Assembly: GCA_964481125.1 (NCBI GenBank)
Contig: CAYZSL010000003.1
Coordinates: 4,727-68,726, forward strand
DNA: 64,000 nucleotides
Source: an uncultured Candidatus Saccharibacteria bacterium
GTDB taxonomy: Bacteria > Patescibacteriota > Minisyncoccia > Minisyncoccales > RBG-13-42-11
Direction of reading: 5' to 3'
Position numbers and translations under genes: made by a program
In this document: piece after piece, positions 24,341 through 32,861 of the stretch
Layout of the letters: each line of letters starts with the position of its first letter
How positions within the stretch are numbered: position 1 is the first letter of the stretch
The notes under the pieces: model-generated
What the model was told of the DNA's origin: nothing
Databases searched by the model: none
Seen by the model: only the letters and a program-made list of their open reading frames with translations

Positions 24341-24792
24341 TTAACAATGCGCCACTCTATTTCTTCTTCTTTCCCGGCAAATTCCAGCCAGTCGTTCTCA
24401 GGAGAAATGACATACCATTTTTTCTTGGATTCTGACCAAACCATATGATTTCCCTGGAAATACGGCTTTTTGACTATTTCTTTCGGCTTCAATTTATCCA
24501 ATTCCAGCCATTTTTTAAAAACCGTTTCAATGGCATAATCCAAACCTCTGGACCTTGCCCATTCAGCTACTTTATTGATGGCGTTCTTTGCTTTTCTGGC
24601 AGAACCTGCCAGCTCTAAAAGCTGTTTTGCCGGCCTGGTAAATCTAGAATAGATTATCTTTTTCTTTTTGGCGTCTTTTTTAATCTGTTCCAGATTTAAG
24701 CCTTTGCTGTAGAAATAACAATTGACTATTTCCTGGATTTTTGTTTCTTCTCTTTGTTTCTTTAATTTCTTTTTTTCTTTGTCTATTTTCAT
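24337..24792 (-). CDS. hypothetical basic protein
   Basis: 151-aa ORF overlapping both neighbours by 4 nt, so likely translationally coupled. Confidence 0.45.
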   Translation of the reverse strand: MKIDKEKKKLKKQREETKIQEIVNCYFYSKGLNLEQIKKDAKKKKIIYSRFTRPAKQLLELAGSARKAKNAINKVAEWARSRGLDYAIETVFKKWLELDKLKPKEIVKKPYFQGNHMVWSESKKKWYVISPENDWLEFAGKEEEIEWRIVK

Positions 24793-25349
24793 TGGTATTT
24801 TTCTGCTGTAAAGCGATAAATGAATACTTTTTCCTTTTTGGGGTTGATGCCTGCTTTTTGGCAGGCAATGGAAAACTGCTCCTCTGATATGTTGATTCCT
24901 TCCAAATCAGGCAGTAAAAGCCCTGTTTTGGAGGAAATATTAGCGTCAAACACCGGATCTTCATTAGGAAAGGCAAAAGGCGCTGTCTTTACAATTATAC
25001 CAAATTTTTTAGGATTCAGCTCGTTAATATTCTCGATTAATTCCGGTTCGCTTAAAATATATACAGTATAGGAAAGATAGGGAAGTTCTTCTTTTTTGAT
25101 AGGTTCAAACCGGTAGTCTTCGGTAGCTGCGGCAATGGCGTTATTGATGATTTCTTCAACTATGTTTATTTTTGTTGGCAGATAAGTGCCGATGCAGCCT
25201 CTTAGTTTTTTATCCTGTTCAATAGTAACAAAAACGCCTGCTCTTTTCTCGAAAAATTCTTTGGGCAGGTTTGTTGGAGGTTCAATGATTTTCCTTTCTG
25301 TCAGATATGTTTCTACAGTTTGTTTGGCGAGTGAAATGTATTGATTCAT
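24789..25349 (-). CDS. amrA: AMMECR1 domain protein (AmmeMemoRadiSam system protein A-like)
   Basis: 186 aa. LRGCIGT motif. Confidence 0.8.
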   Translation of the reverse strand: MNQYISLAKQTVETYLTERKIIEPPTNLPKEFFEKRAGVFVTIEQDKKLRGCIGTYLPTKINIVEEIINNAIAAATEDYRFEPIKKEELPYLSYTVYILSEPELIENINELNPKKFGIIVKTAPFAFPNEDPVFDANISSKTGLLLPDLEGINISEEQFSIACQKAGINPKKEKVFIYRFTAEKYQ

Positions 25350-25963
25350 TTTAATTTGAAGTTTACTACTAAATATCCAACGCCGAAAGGGAATTCATAT
25401 GATAAGATTTCAGGAATCCAATTGGTTTTTGATTCTTCCAGCATGCCCAATAAAAAACAAATGGATCTCAACCCGCATTCTCCGGCTTCAGGGTATTTAT
25501 CGTCCAGTTTTAAAATATTTTCAATATCTTTCTTTTTTAAAGATTCTATCAGTTCTTTATCGAATTTCTCGCCTTGAGGATTTAATCCGTAAGGACCGTC
25601 TTCTTTTAAGCAATGGGAAAGATCTCCTGAGGCAATTAAAGCGTATTTCTTGCCTTCTGCCAAATTCTTATATATCCTTTTTCCTTCGTTAAAATAGAAT
25701 TCCGAGGATTCTGAACCGGTTAAAACCCTGTCAATCTTTCCTTGAAAGTTATTAGCCAGGAAATACAAAGGAACTTCAAAACCCCAATCAGGATGAGGAG
25801 AAGAAATGACAATCTGTTGGGGATTCGCTTTTGTAAATTCCTTTGATAAAACGTAAAGGCTTTCAATTGTTGTTTTAACTTTCTCTCTGTCTTCTTTTGA
25901 ACCAACTGAAGGTAGGATTATCGGCGGGTGAGGGGAGATGAAAGCTGAAACTATATTTGACAT
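25346..25963 (-). CDS. class III extradiol dioxygenase (LigB/Memo superfamily) protein in the AmrB position
   Basis: 205 aa. N-terminal AFISPHPPIILP is LigB-like. Located between the AMMECR1 and radical SAM genes. Confidence 0.55.
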   Translation of the reverse strand: MSNIVSAFISPHPPIILPSVGSKEDREKVKTTIESLYVLSKEFTKANPQQIVISSPHPDWGFEVPLYFLANNFQGKIDRVLTGSESSEFYFNEGKRIYKNLAEGKKYALIASGDLSHCLKEDGPYGLNPQGEKFDKELIESLKKKDIENILKLDDKYPEAGECGLRSICFLLGMLEESKTNWIPEILSYEFPFGVGYLVVNFKLK

Positions 25964-25988
25964 TTTGTTTTGGAAGTATTAAGTTTTC

Positions 25989-27005
25989 CTATTTTAAAAT
26001 CAAGTTCAAATTCTTCCCGCATTTCTGGCATTTGCCTTTTTCATCGTGGCGGGAAATGCTGTATCCTGTCCTGTCGATTGCCAAAGTGCCGCATTTGGGG
26101 CAGAAAGTGTCTTCTGTCGGCAATCCTGGAACATTACCGGTATATACGTATCTTAGCCCGGCTTTTTTACCTATATCATAGGCCATTTTTAAAGTACTGA
26201 TCGGGGTTTCCAACGAACCTTGCAATTGCCATGACATGCTGCCGGAAAACTGGCTGATATGCCAGGGAGTTTCTTTGCCCAGTTCTTCCTTAATAAATCT
26301 GGCTATATTTTCAAACATTTCCTTTGAATCACTCAGTCTTGGAATGGCTAGGGTAGTGATTTCAACCCAAATATCCTTATCTTTTAATCTTTTTAAAGTA
26401 TCTAAGACCGGCTGGAGTTTGGCTCCGCAGTTTTTAATATAGAATTCATTGGAAAAGCTTTTCAAGTCAACATTGGCCGCATCAAGATATGGCGATACCC
26501 AGTCAAAAAGTTCTCTTGACCAAAAGCCGTTGGTCACCCAGACGTTCTTTATTCCTTTCTTTTTGGCCAGTTTCATAATATCTATGGCATATTCTGAAAA
26601 AATGGCTGGTTCAGTATAGGTGTAAGAAATGCTGGGCACTTTATTTTTTAAAGCGATATCGATAATTTTTTCTGGCTGTACGTAATCTCCCGGTATTTCT
26701 TTTGTTTCTTTAACTTCCTGGGAAATATCCCAATTCTGACAGTTCAAACATCTCAAGTTGCAGCCTACTGTGGCAATAGATAAAGAACGAGTGCCTGGCA
26801 GAAAATGGAAAAATGGCTTTTTTTCTATCGGATCAATATTGCAGGCAACAAGTTTTGCGTAGTTTAAAGCACATAACTTACCGTTGATATTTTCTCTGAC
26901 TCCGCAAATGCCTCTTTTGCCCGGTTCAATAAGACAATAATGGGCGCAATTCTGGCATTGCGTTTTTTGATCAGCGGTTGTTTGATATAAATAAGCTTCT
27001 TTCAT
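25989..27005 (-). CDS. amrS: AmmeMemoRadiSam system radical SAM enzyme
   Basis: 338 aa. CNLRCLNCQNW radical SAM cluster motif, plus N- and C-terminal Cys pairs. Confidence 0.85.
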   Translation of the reverse strand: MKEAYLYQTTADQKTQCQNCAHYCLIEPGKRGICGVRENINGKLCALNYAKLVACNIDPIEKKPFFHFLPGTRSLSIATVGCNLRCLNCQNWDISQEVKETKEIPGDYVQPEKIIDIALKNKVPSISYTYTEPAIFSEYAIDIMKLAKKKGIKNVWVTNGFWSRELFDWVSPYLDAANVDLKSFSNEFYIKNCGAKLQPVLDTLKRLKDKDIWVEITTLAIPRLSDSKEMFENIARFIKEELGKETPWHISQFSGSMSWQLQGSLETPISTLKMAYDIGKKAGLRYVYTGNVPGLPTEDTFCPKCGTLAIDRTGYSISRHDEKGKCQKCGKNLNLILK

Positions 27006-27045
27006 ACTTAAATTTTAATCCTTTTTATGATAAAATACAATTATC

Positions 27046-27606
27046 ATGTCCCACAGAATTTTCATTGCCGTTAATTTGCCAGAGAACGTTAAGAAAAAAC
27101 TGGCTGAATACGAAGAAGGGTGGCCCGATCTTCCTGTCAGGTGGACGAAAAAGGAAAACCTACACATCACCCTTGTTTTTTTAGGTTATCTGAACGACGA
27201 AGAACTCTTGGAAACTATCAATATTGCCAAAGACATTGCTCCGAAAATTAAGCCATTTTCAATTAATTTGAATAGAATCATTTACGGGCCGCCAAAAAAA
27301 ATGCCCCCTCGCATAGTTTGGGTGGAAGGAGAGAAAAACCAGGAATTGGCTGATTTGCAAAAGGATCTGGAAAATTCCCTTTACGGCGGTTCGGAAAAAA
27401 GCGAAATGAAACCGTATAGTCCTCATATTACTTTAGGACGAATAAAAACATGGGAATTCAGGAAATTGGAGCCGGAAGAAAGGCCGGAAGTCAATAAAGA
27501 TATATCCTTATCTTTTGAAGTTAATTCTATTGAAGTGATGGAAAGCCAATTAAAAAGGGGAGGGCCCGAATATACTATTTTAGAATCATGTCCGCTAAAA
27601 AGCTAA
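27046..27606 (+). CDS. thpR: RNA 2',3'-cyclic phosphodiesterase (2H family)
   Basis: 186 aa. Two HxTx motifs (HITLVF, HITLGR). Confidence 0.8.
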   Translation: MSHRIFIAVNLPENVKKKLAEYEEGWPDLPVRWTKKENLHITLVFLGYLNDEELLETINIAKDIAPKIKPFSINLNRIIYGPPKKMPPRIVWVEGEKNQELADLQKDLENSLYGGSEKSEMKPYSPHITLGRIKTWEFRKLEPEERPEVNKDISLSFEVNSIEVMESQLKRGGPEYTILESCPLKS

Positions 27607-28910
27607 AAATCCATTTTATCGGCATCGGCGGAATCGGCGTTTCCGCTTTAGCCCAATATTATTTATCTCAGGGCCACAAAGTTTCAGGCTCTGATTTGAA
27701 TTCTTCGGAAATTACAAAAGCTCTAAAAAGCAGGGGAGTGAAAGTTTTCATTGGTTCTCATAAAGGTTCAAATCTCAAGAATCTGACAGACTTAGTCATA
27801 TATAGTCCGGCAGTAAAGCCAGATAATCCTGAATTTAAAGAAGCGAAAAAGCTTAAAATCAAATGCCAAAGCTATCCTCAGGCCTTGGGGGAATTAACCA
27901 AACAGCATTTTACGATCGCTGTTTCAGGAACCCATGGAAAAAGCACAACCACCTGCATGCTCGGGCTTGTTTTGATAAAGGCTGGCCTTGATCCGACAAT
28001 AATCGTCGGCACAAAAATGAAAGAATTTAAAGACAGCAATTGTCGGGTAGGTAAAAGCAAATATCTGGTTATTGAAGCTGATGAACACTTTGCTTCCTTT
28101 TTGAATTACTGGCCGAAAATAATCGTTCTGACAAATATTGAAAAAGACCATCTGGATTATTATAAGAACTTTAGCAATATCCTTAAAGCTTTCAGAAAAT
28201 ACGTTTCTCATTTGCCGAAAGACGGAATACTGCTTTTGAATAAAGACGATGAAAGTATTAAAAAGATATCTTGTTCTGCTTTAAAAAAATATTATTCATT
28301 GAAGCAGGCTGAAGCAAAAAAGCTGAAAAAGATTCTTAAAGTTCCAGGACAGCATAATGTTTCCAATGCTCTGGCTGCTTTGGCTGTAGCTAGAATTTTG
28401 AAAATACCTGATAAAGTTTCTTTTAAAGCTCTGTCGTCCTTCACGGGATGCTGGCGCCGTTTTGAAATTAAGAAAATGATAATTAAGAGAAAACCATTGA
28501 CCGTTGTTTCTGATTACGGACACCATCCCACGGAAATAAAAGCAACCTTGAAAGCAACTAGAGAGAAATTCTTGAAAAGCAGAATCTGGTGCGTTTTCCA
28601 GCCACACCAATATCAGAGAACCTATTATCTGTTTAAAGACTTTGTGCAGGCTTTTAGGGAGGCGCCAATGGATAAGATAATCATTACTGATATTTTTGAC
28701 GTGGCTGGCAGGGAAGAAAAGAATATTAAAAAGAAAGTTTCTTCTGAAAAACTGGTTAAATCAATAAAAAAGGGGAATGTGGCTTATCTTTCCAAAGAAA
28801 AACTGCTTGGCCATATTAAAAGCAATATTAAGAAGATTGACGTTTTGGTTATAATGGGAGCTGGAAACATATATCAGCTGGTTTTAAAACTTGACAAGAA
28901 AGGCAAATAA
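27588..28910 (+). CDS. murC: UDP-N-acetylmuramate--L-alanine ligase
   Basis: 440 aa. HFIGIGGIGVSALA, GTHGKSTT. Confidence 0.9.
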   Translation: MSAKKLKIHFIGIGGIGVSALAQYYLSQGHKVSGSDLNSSEITKALKSRGVKVFIGSHKGSNLKNLTDLVIYSPAVKPDNPEFKEAKKLKIKCQSYPQALGELTKQHFTIAVSGTHGKSTTTCMLGLVLIKAGLDPTIIVGTKMKEFKDSNCRVGKSKYLVIEADEHFASFLNYWPKIIVLTNIEKDHLDYYKNFSNILKAFRKYVSHLPKDGILLLNKDDESIKKISCSALKKYYSLKQAEAKKLKKILKVPGQHNVSNALAALAVARILKIPDKVSFKALSSFTGCWRRFEIKKMIIKRKPLTVVSDYGHHPTEIKATLKATREKFLKSRIWCVFQPHQYQRTYYLFKDFVQAFREAPMDKIIITDIFDVAGREEKNIKKKVSSEKLVKSIKKGNVAYLSKEKLLGHIKSNIKKIDVLVIMGAGNIYQLVLKLDKKGK

Positions 28911-28978
28911 AGAAAAAATGTATATAGAAGTTATTGTTCTCAAGGTCGATAGTTTTAAAAATAATCGAACATATTAAC

Positions 28979-29131
28979 ATGACATTATTTTGGGCAATCG
29001 TAGCAATAGTGGCAGTCGGAATTCTTTGGATTCTAATGTCAAAAAAGAAAAAGGGCAACACTCTGCCAAATAAACCGGAAGAACCAATGCCGCCAATGAC
29101 ACCACCGCCTTCTGAACCACCGGCAATGTAA
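28979..29131 (+). CDS. small TM protein with a Pro-rich tail
   Basis: 50 aa from the ATG at 28979 (MTLFWAIVAIVAVGILWILMSKKKK..PPMTPPPSEPP). Weak call. Confidence 0.3.
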   Translation: MTLFWAIVAIVAVGILWILMSKKKKGNTLPNKPEEPMPPMTPPPSEPPAM

Positions 29132-29153
29132 ATTTAGTTTTTGTAAGATAAAC

Positions 29154-29182
29154 AAAAAAGCACTCTTTTTGGGTGCTTTTTT
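29154..29182. terminator. bidirectional rho-independent terminator
   Basis: AAAAAAGCACTC-ttttt-GGGTGCTTTTTT between convergent genes. Confidence 0.7.
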
Positions 29183-29195
29183 GGGTAGTCGGAAA

Positions 29196-29804
29196 TTAGC
29201 CTATTAAAAATACTTCCTGTTTTCCCGAAGGGAAATATATTACTTTATCGAAAATGATCATTGCACCGTTGAATTTTTCAACTTTTAATTCTTGGAATTC
29301 TATCTTGCCAAGCCTTTTTTTAATCTCCTGATAAACTCTTTTTAATGATTCAGAACTGATCGGAATATCCTTTTGATTGATGATAATGATTTTCGGAGTG
29401 GAACTAAAAGAAATTATTTCTTCTAAACTTCTCAAGCTCTCTTTTCCCTTAAAGACTCTGATGCCTTCTTCTCTCGAATATTTTGCTTCTAAAGTTGCGA
29501 TGATTCTAATAAATTCTCTTTCTTTTTCTTCAATTTCTCTTTTTTGCGTTCTTAAAATTCCTAAAATGCTTTCTGGCGATTGGGCCCTAAAAAGCCTTTT
29601 GCCTCTTTGCTTTGTTTCAAGAAATAATTTCTTATCTTCTAGCTTCTTAACGATTTCATAGGCAGTCGGCCTACTTAATCCCGCTTCCTTCGCTATGTTC
29701 TGAACCGAATTTGGACCCAATTCCAAGCCAGCCAAATAGACTCTGACTTCCTTTTCAGAAAGCCCTAGTTTTCTTAACTCCAATTCCATTAATGAAAATG
29801 TCAT
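29196..29804 (-). CDS. TrmB-family transcriptional regulator
   Basis: 202 aa. LGLSEKEVRVYLAGLELGPNSVQNIAKEAGLSRPTAYEIVKKL wHTH. Confidence 0.7.
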   Translation of the reverse strand: MTFSLMELELRKLGLSEKEVRVYLAGLELGPNSVQNIAKEAGLSRPTAYEIVKKLEDKKLFLETKQRGKRLFRAQSPESILGILRTQKREIEEKEREFIRIIATLEAKYSREEGIRVFKGKESLRSLEEIISFSSTPKIIIINQKDIPISSESLKRVYQEIKKRLGKIEFQELKVEKFNGAMIIFDKVIYFPSGKQEVFLIG

Positions 29805-29921
29805 GGGCTTATTATACTTTAAGATTTATTTGAAGTCAATTCTTGATTGTGTCGGAATTCACTTTACAAAGATAATCCTATTTTTAGCTTTAAAAATGGA
29901 TGTTTTATATTTTTAGACAAA

Positions 29922-29965
29922 TTCTGTCAATAAGTCTTGACAGAAATTTCCCACTTTGCTAATCT
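29922..29965 (+). promoter_or_regulatory. promoter TTGACA-17-TAATCT with a perfect 9-bp inverted repeat TTCTGTCAA-N6-TTGACAGAA overlapping the -35
   Basis: IR arms at 29922-29930 and 29937-29945. -10 at 29960-29965. Divergent from the TrmB gene. Confidence 0.6.
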
Positions 29966-29981
29966 AAATTAGAGAAGTTCT

Positions 29982-30074
29982 ATGAAAAGGGGGAATTTAA
30001 TTCTAACAATTTTAGAGGTTTTAATAACAATTATAGCAATCATTGCTATAGTTTGGGTATTAATCCATTTCTAA
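29982..30074 (+). CDS. 30-aa hydrophobic leader/micro-protein candidate
   Basis: MKRGNLILTILEVLITIIAIIAIVWVLIHF. First ORF after the promoter, with a weak SD. Confidence 0.25.
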   Translation: MKRGNLILTILEVLITIIAIIAIVWVLIHF

Positions 30075-30144
30075 AAAAAATATTTAATTAAGATCTTCTC
30101 TAAAAACAGTACTTTACAACTAAATATAAAATGGAGGTGCAGTA

Positions 30145-31176
30145 ATGAAAAGAATAGGTATTTTGGGACATTTAATACAGGCTTCGGATCTAAAAAGGGG
30201 ATCTAAATTGCTCAAGGTAATACCCGACAGATTGCTAGAAGAAGTAATGAAAAACCTCAAAGGTAAAAGGGGAGTTTTCTTTGCTTCAAAATTCAATGCC
30301 TTTGACCAAGTAGACGGTTATCTTATGGCTGTATTGCTTACAGCTTCCCAGGTCATGAATTTGCCCAGGGAATTTGTGCAAAAAAGAATCATTGATGCCC
30401 TCGTCATTGCCCAAGAAAAATTCGGCATAGAACTGGTTCAATTAGGAGCCCTAACGAAATCGGTTACTGGTGCCGGACAGTGGATAGTCCAACAAGGCGT
30501 GTATAAGGGTTTCGTCAACCACGGCGATGCACTTACTGCCGCTATAACGATTGAGGCAGTTGAAAAAATTGCCAAAATCAAAGAAATTGATTTGGCGAAA
30601 GCGTCTATCGGAATAGTTGGAGCCTATGGAACCATTGGTGAAGCAGTTTCAAGAATACTAGTTCCAATTTGCGACAAAGCGATTCTCGTAGGACGAAACA
30701 TGGAGGGTTTTAAGAAACTGAAAGATGCCGTCTCAAGTAACTATTGCTTGATGACAAATGATCTTACGACAGTAAAAGAGGCTGACATAATTATAACCGC
30801 AACCAACCATCCTTCTGCGCTGTTAAGTTCATCTCATCTAAAGCAAGGAGTTGTTATTGTAGATGTCTCTACTCCGCCCAACGTTTCAAAAACGGTAACC
30901 AACGAAAGACCCGATATCTTGCGAATTGATGGTGGGTTGGTCAGTAATGCCGGAATAAACTTGGGCTTCCAGATAGGACCGCCAAAGGGCGCAATGTATG
31001 CCTGTGTTGCTGAAGTAATAATGCAGGCGCTCGAAAATGAGCAAAAAAGCTATGTCGGTCCCGTTGATCTCGATCACCTGGAAATAACCCAAAAATGGAG
31101 TAAGAAGTGGGGATTCAAATTAGCGCCGTTCACTTGCTTTGGTAAAATAATTCCAGAATTAGGAGGTAAAAAATGA
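30145..31176 (+). CDS. acyl-ACP reductase (AAR)-like NAD(P)-dependent reductase (COG5322 family)
   Basis: 343 aa. Collinear with cyanobacterial AAR as recalled: IGILGHL start, GIVGAYGTIGEAV Rossmann motif, MYACVAEVIM with the conserved Cys. SD GGAGG. Confidence 0.6.
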   Translation: MKRIGILGHLIQASDLKRGSKLLKVIPDRLLEEVMKNLKGKRGVFFASKFNAFDQVDGYLMAVLLTASQVMNLPREFVQKRIIDALVIAQEKFGIELVQLGALTKSVTGAGQWIVQQGVYKGFVNHGDALTAAITIEAVEKIAKIKEIDLAKASIGIVGAYGTIGEAVSRILVPICDKAILVGRNMEGFKKLKDAVSSNYCLMTNDLTTVKEADIIITATNHPSALLSSSHLKQGVVIVDVSTPPNVSKTVTNERPDILRIDGGLVSNAGINLGFQIGPPKGAMYACVAEVIMQALENEQKSYVGPVDLDHLEITQKWSKKWGFKLAPFTCFGKIIPELGGKK

Positions 31177-32753
31177 CGAAAGAAAAAGCATGGTTCAGAC
31201 ATTATCCACCACAGGTACCACGTTCCATAACCATCCCGAAAATCCCGGTATCTCAGATTCTAACAAATTCAGCAAACCGGTCTCCTGAAGATATTGCCCT
31301 GGTCTTCGCTCCTATAAAAGCTGAAATGACCTACGGCGAGCTGGAAGAAAAGAGTAATCGCTTCGCCGGCGCCCTTCAACAAATGATAAAAAAGGGTGAT
31401 AAGGTCGCAATGCTCCTTCCAAACTGCCTGGAAATGGCAATTGCTTTCTTCGGAACGCTAAAAGCAGGAGGCGTAATCGTTCCTTTAAACCCAAGGTATA
31501 CGCCCAATGAATTACAGCACGTGTTAGCTGATTCGGGAACAAAGGCGATGATCTGCTTTGAGCAGATGTATCCGATGGTTGCCCAGATCAAAGAGGGAGT
31601 GATGATAGAAAACATAATCACTGTTTCCATGGGTCCTCCGTCAGATATAGGCATTCCCTTCCAAAGGCTTGTAGCCGGGCCTCTCAACTATAAGGAAGTC
31701 GAAATTCTTCCAAATGATATTGCGGTAATCCAATACACTGCCGGGACTACTGGTCTATCCAAGGGAGTAATGATAACCCATAAGAACATTGTCAGTAATG
31801 TTCTGCAACTTAACGCCTTCTGTTGGCCAATGGAAAAAGAAAAGGAAACCTTTGTGGTGGTAGTGCCGCCGTTCCATGTTGCAGGCCTGGTCAATGTAAT
31901 CAGCTGGGGGATATATATCGGCGCTAAGCTGGTTTTGCTCCCGAAGTTCAATCCAGCGGAAACCATGGAAACAATTACGCAGTACAAGTCAAGCTTTTTC
32001 TTCGGAGTGCCGGCTATCTATGCAGCTATGCTCGGAGCGATGCAGGAACAATACAAATTTGACTCTCTGAAATTCTGCGCGATCGGAACTGCTTCTTGTC
32101 CGCTTCCGCTCTTCCAGATCTTGGATACAATATTCCCGGCGCTTACCGAGGGCTACGGCTTAACCGAAAGTACAGGGGTATGCTTCGCGAATCCAATCGA
32201 CGGCCTAAAGAAGGCAAAGAGCGTAGGCATTCCTTTTTCTGGAGTAGACGTCAAAATCGTAGATGTCGATTCCGGGAAGAAGTTAAATCCTGGCGAAAAG
32301 GGTGAAATCCTAATTAAGGGTCCCAATATCGCTCTCGGATACTGGAATCATCCCGAAGAAACTGAAAAAGTTTTCGGGGCCGGTTGGCTGCACACGGGAG
32401 ACATAGGATGTTTAGATGAAGATGGATATCTTTACGTGATAGACCGGATAAAAGACGTGATTAACGTCCGGGGCGAAAAGGTAAGCTCAGTAGAGATTGA
32501 ACAAACGCTTGAGTCTCATCCGTCTATCGCCGAAGCTGCAGCTATCGGCGTGCCTGATCAATTCTGGGGGGAAAAAATAATTGCTTTCGTGGTTCTGAGA
32601 GAACCGCAAAGTGTTAAGCTTATTCTGGCGCATTGCCAAAAGAACTTAACCGACTATAAAGTACCCCAGGAAATCAGGATTGTTGAGTCTTTACCCAGAT
32701 CCGGAGTAGGAAAAATCCTGAAAAGAAAACTCAGGGAAGATTCAGCAAGCTAG
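31173..32753 (+). CDS. AMP-dependent acyl-CoA synthetase/ligase (FadD-like)
   Basis: 526 aa. YTAGTTGLSKGV, GYGLTES, GWLHTGDIG, GKILKR. Confidence 0.85.
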   Translation: MTKEKAWFRHYPPQVPRSITIPKIPVSQILTNSANRSPEDIALVFAPIKAEMTYGELEEKSNRFAGALQQMIKKGDKVAMLLPNCLEMAIAFFGTLKAGGVIVPLNPRYTPNELQHVLADSGTKAMICFEQMYPMVAQIKEGVMIENIITVSMGPPSDIGIPFQRLVAGPLNYKEVEILPNDIAVIQYTAGTTGLSKGVMITHKNIVSNVLQLNAFCWPMEKEKETFVVVVPPFHVAGLVNVISWGIYIGAKLVLLPKFNPAETMETITQYKSSFFFGVPAIYAAMLGAMQEQYKFDSLKFCAIGTASCPLPLFQILDTIFPALTEGYGLTESTGVCFANPIDGLKKAKSVGIPFSGVDVKIVDVDSGKKLNPGEKGEILIKGPNIALGYWNHPEETEKVFGAGWLHTGDIGCLDEDGYLYVIDRIKDVINVRGEKVSSVEIEQTLESHPSIAEAAAIGVPDQFWGEKIIAFVVLREPQSVKLILAHCQKNLTDYKVPQEIRIVESLPRSGVGKILKRKLREDSAS

Positions 32754-32779
32754 AGAAGAATCGTTCTTTTACCAATCGT

Positions 32780-32827
32780 AGAGGGGAGTGAAGTTAAGAA
32801 ATTAACCCAGCCCCCCTCTTTTTTTAT
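32780..32827 (+). terminator. rho-independent terminator
   Basis: AGAGGGG..(inner GTTAA/TTAAC)..CCCCTCT followed by a T-run. Confidence 0.65.
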
Positions 32828-32861
32828 TTATATATATTTGCTAATATAAGGAAAGATATTT

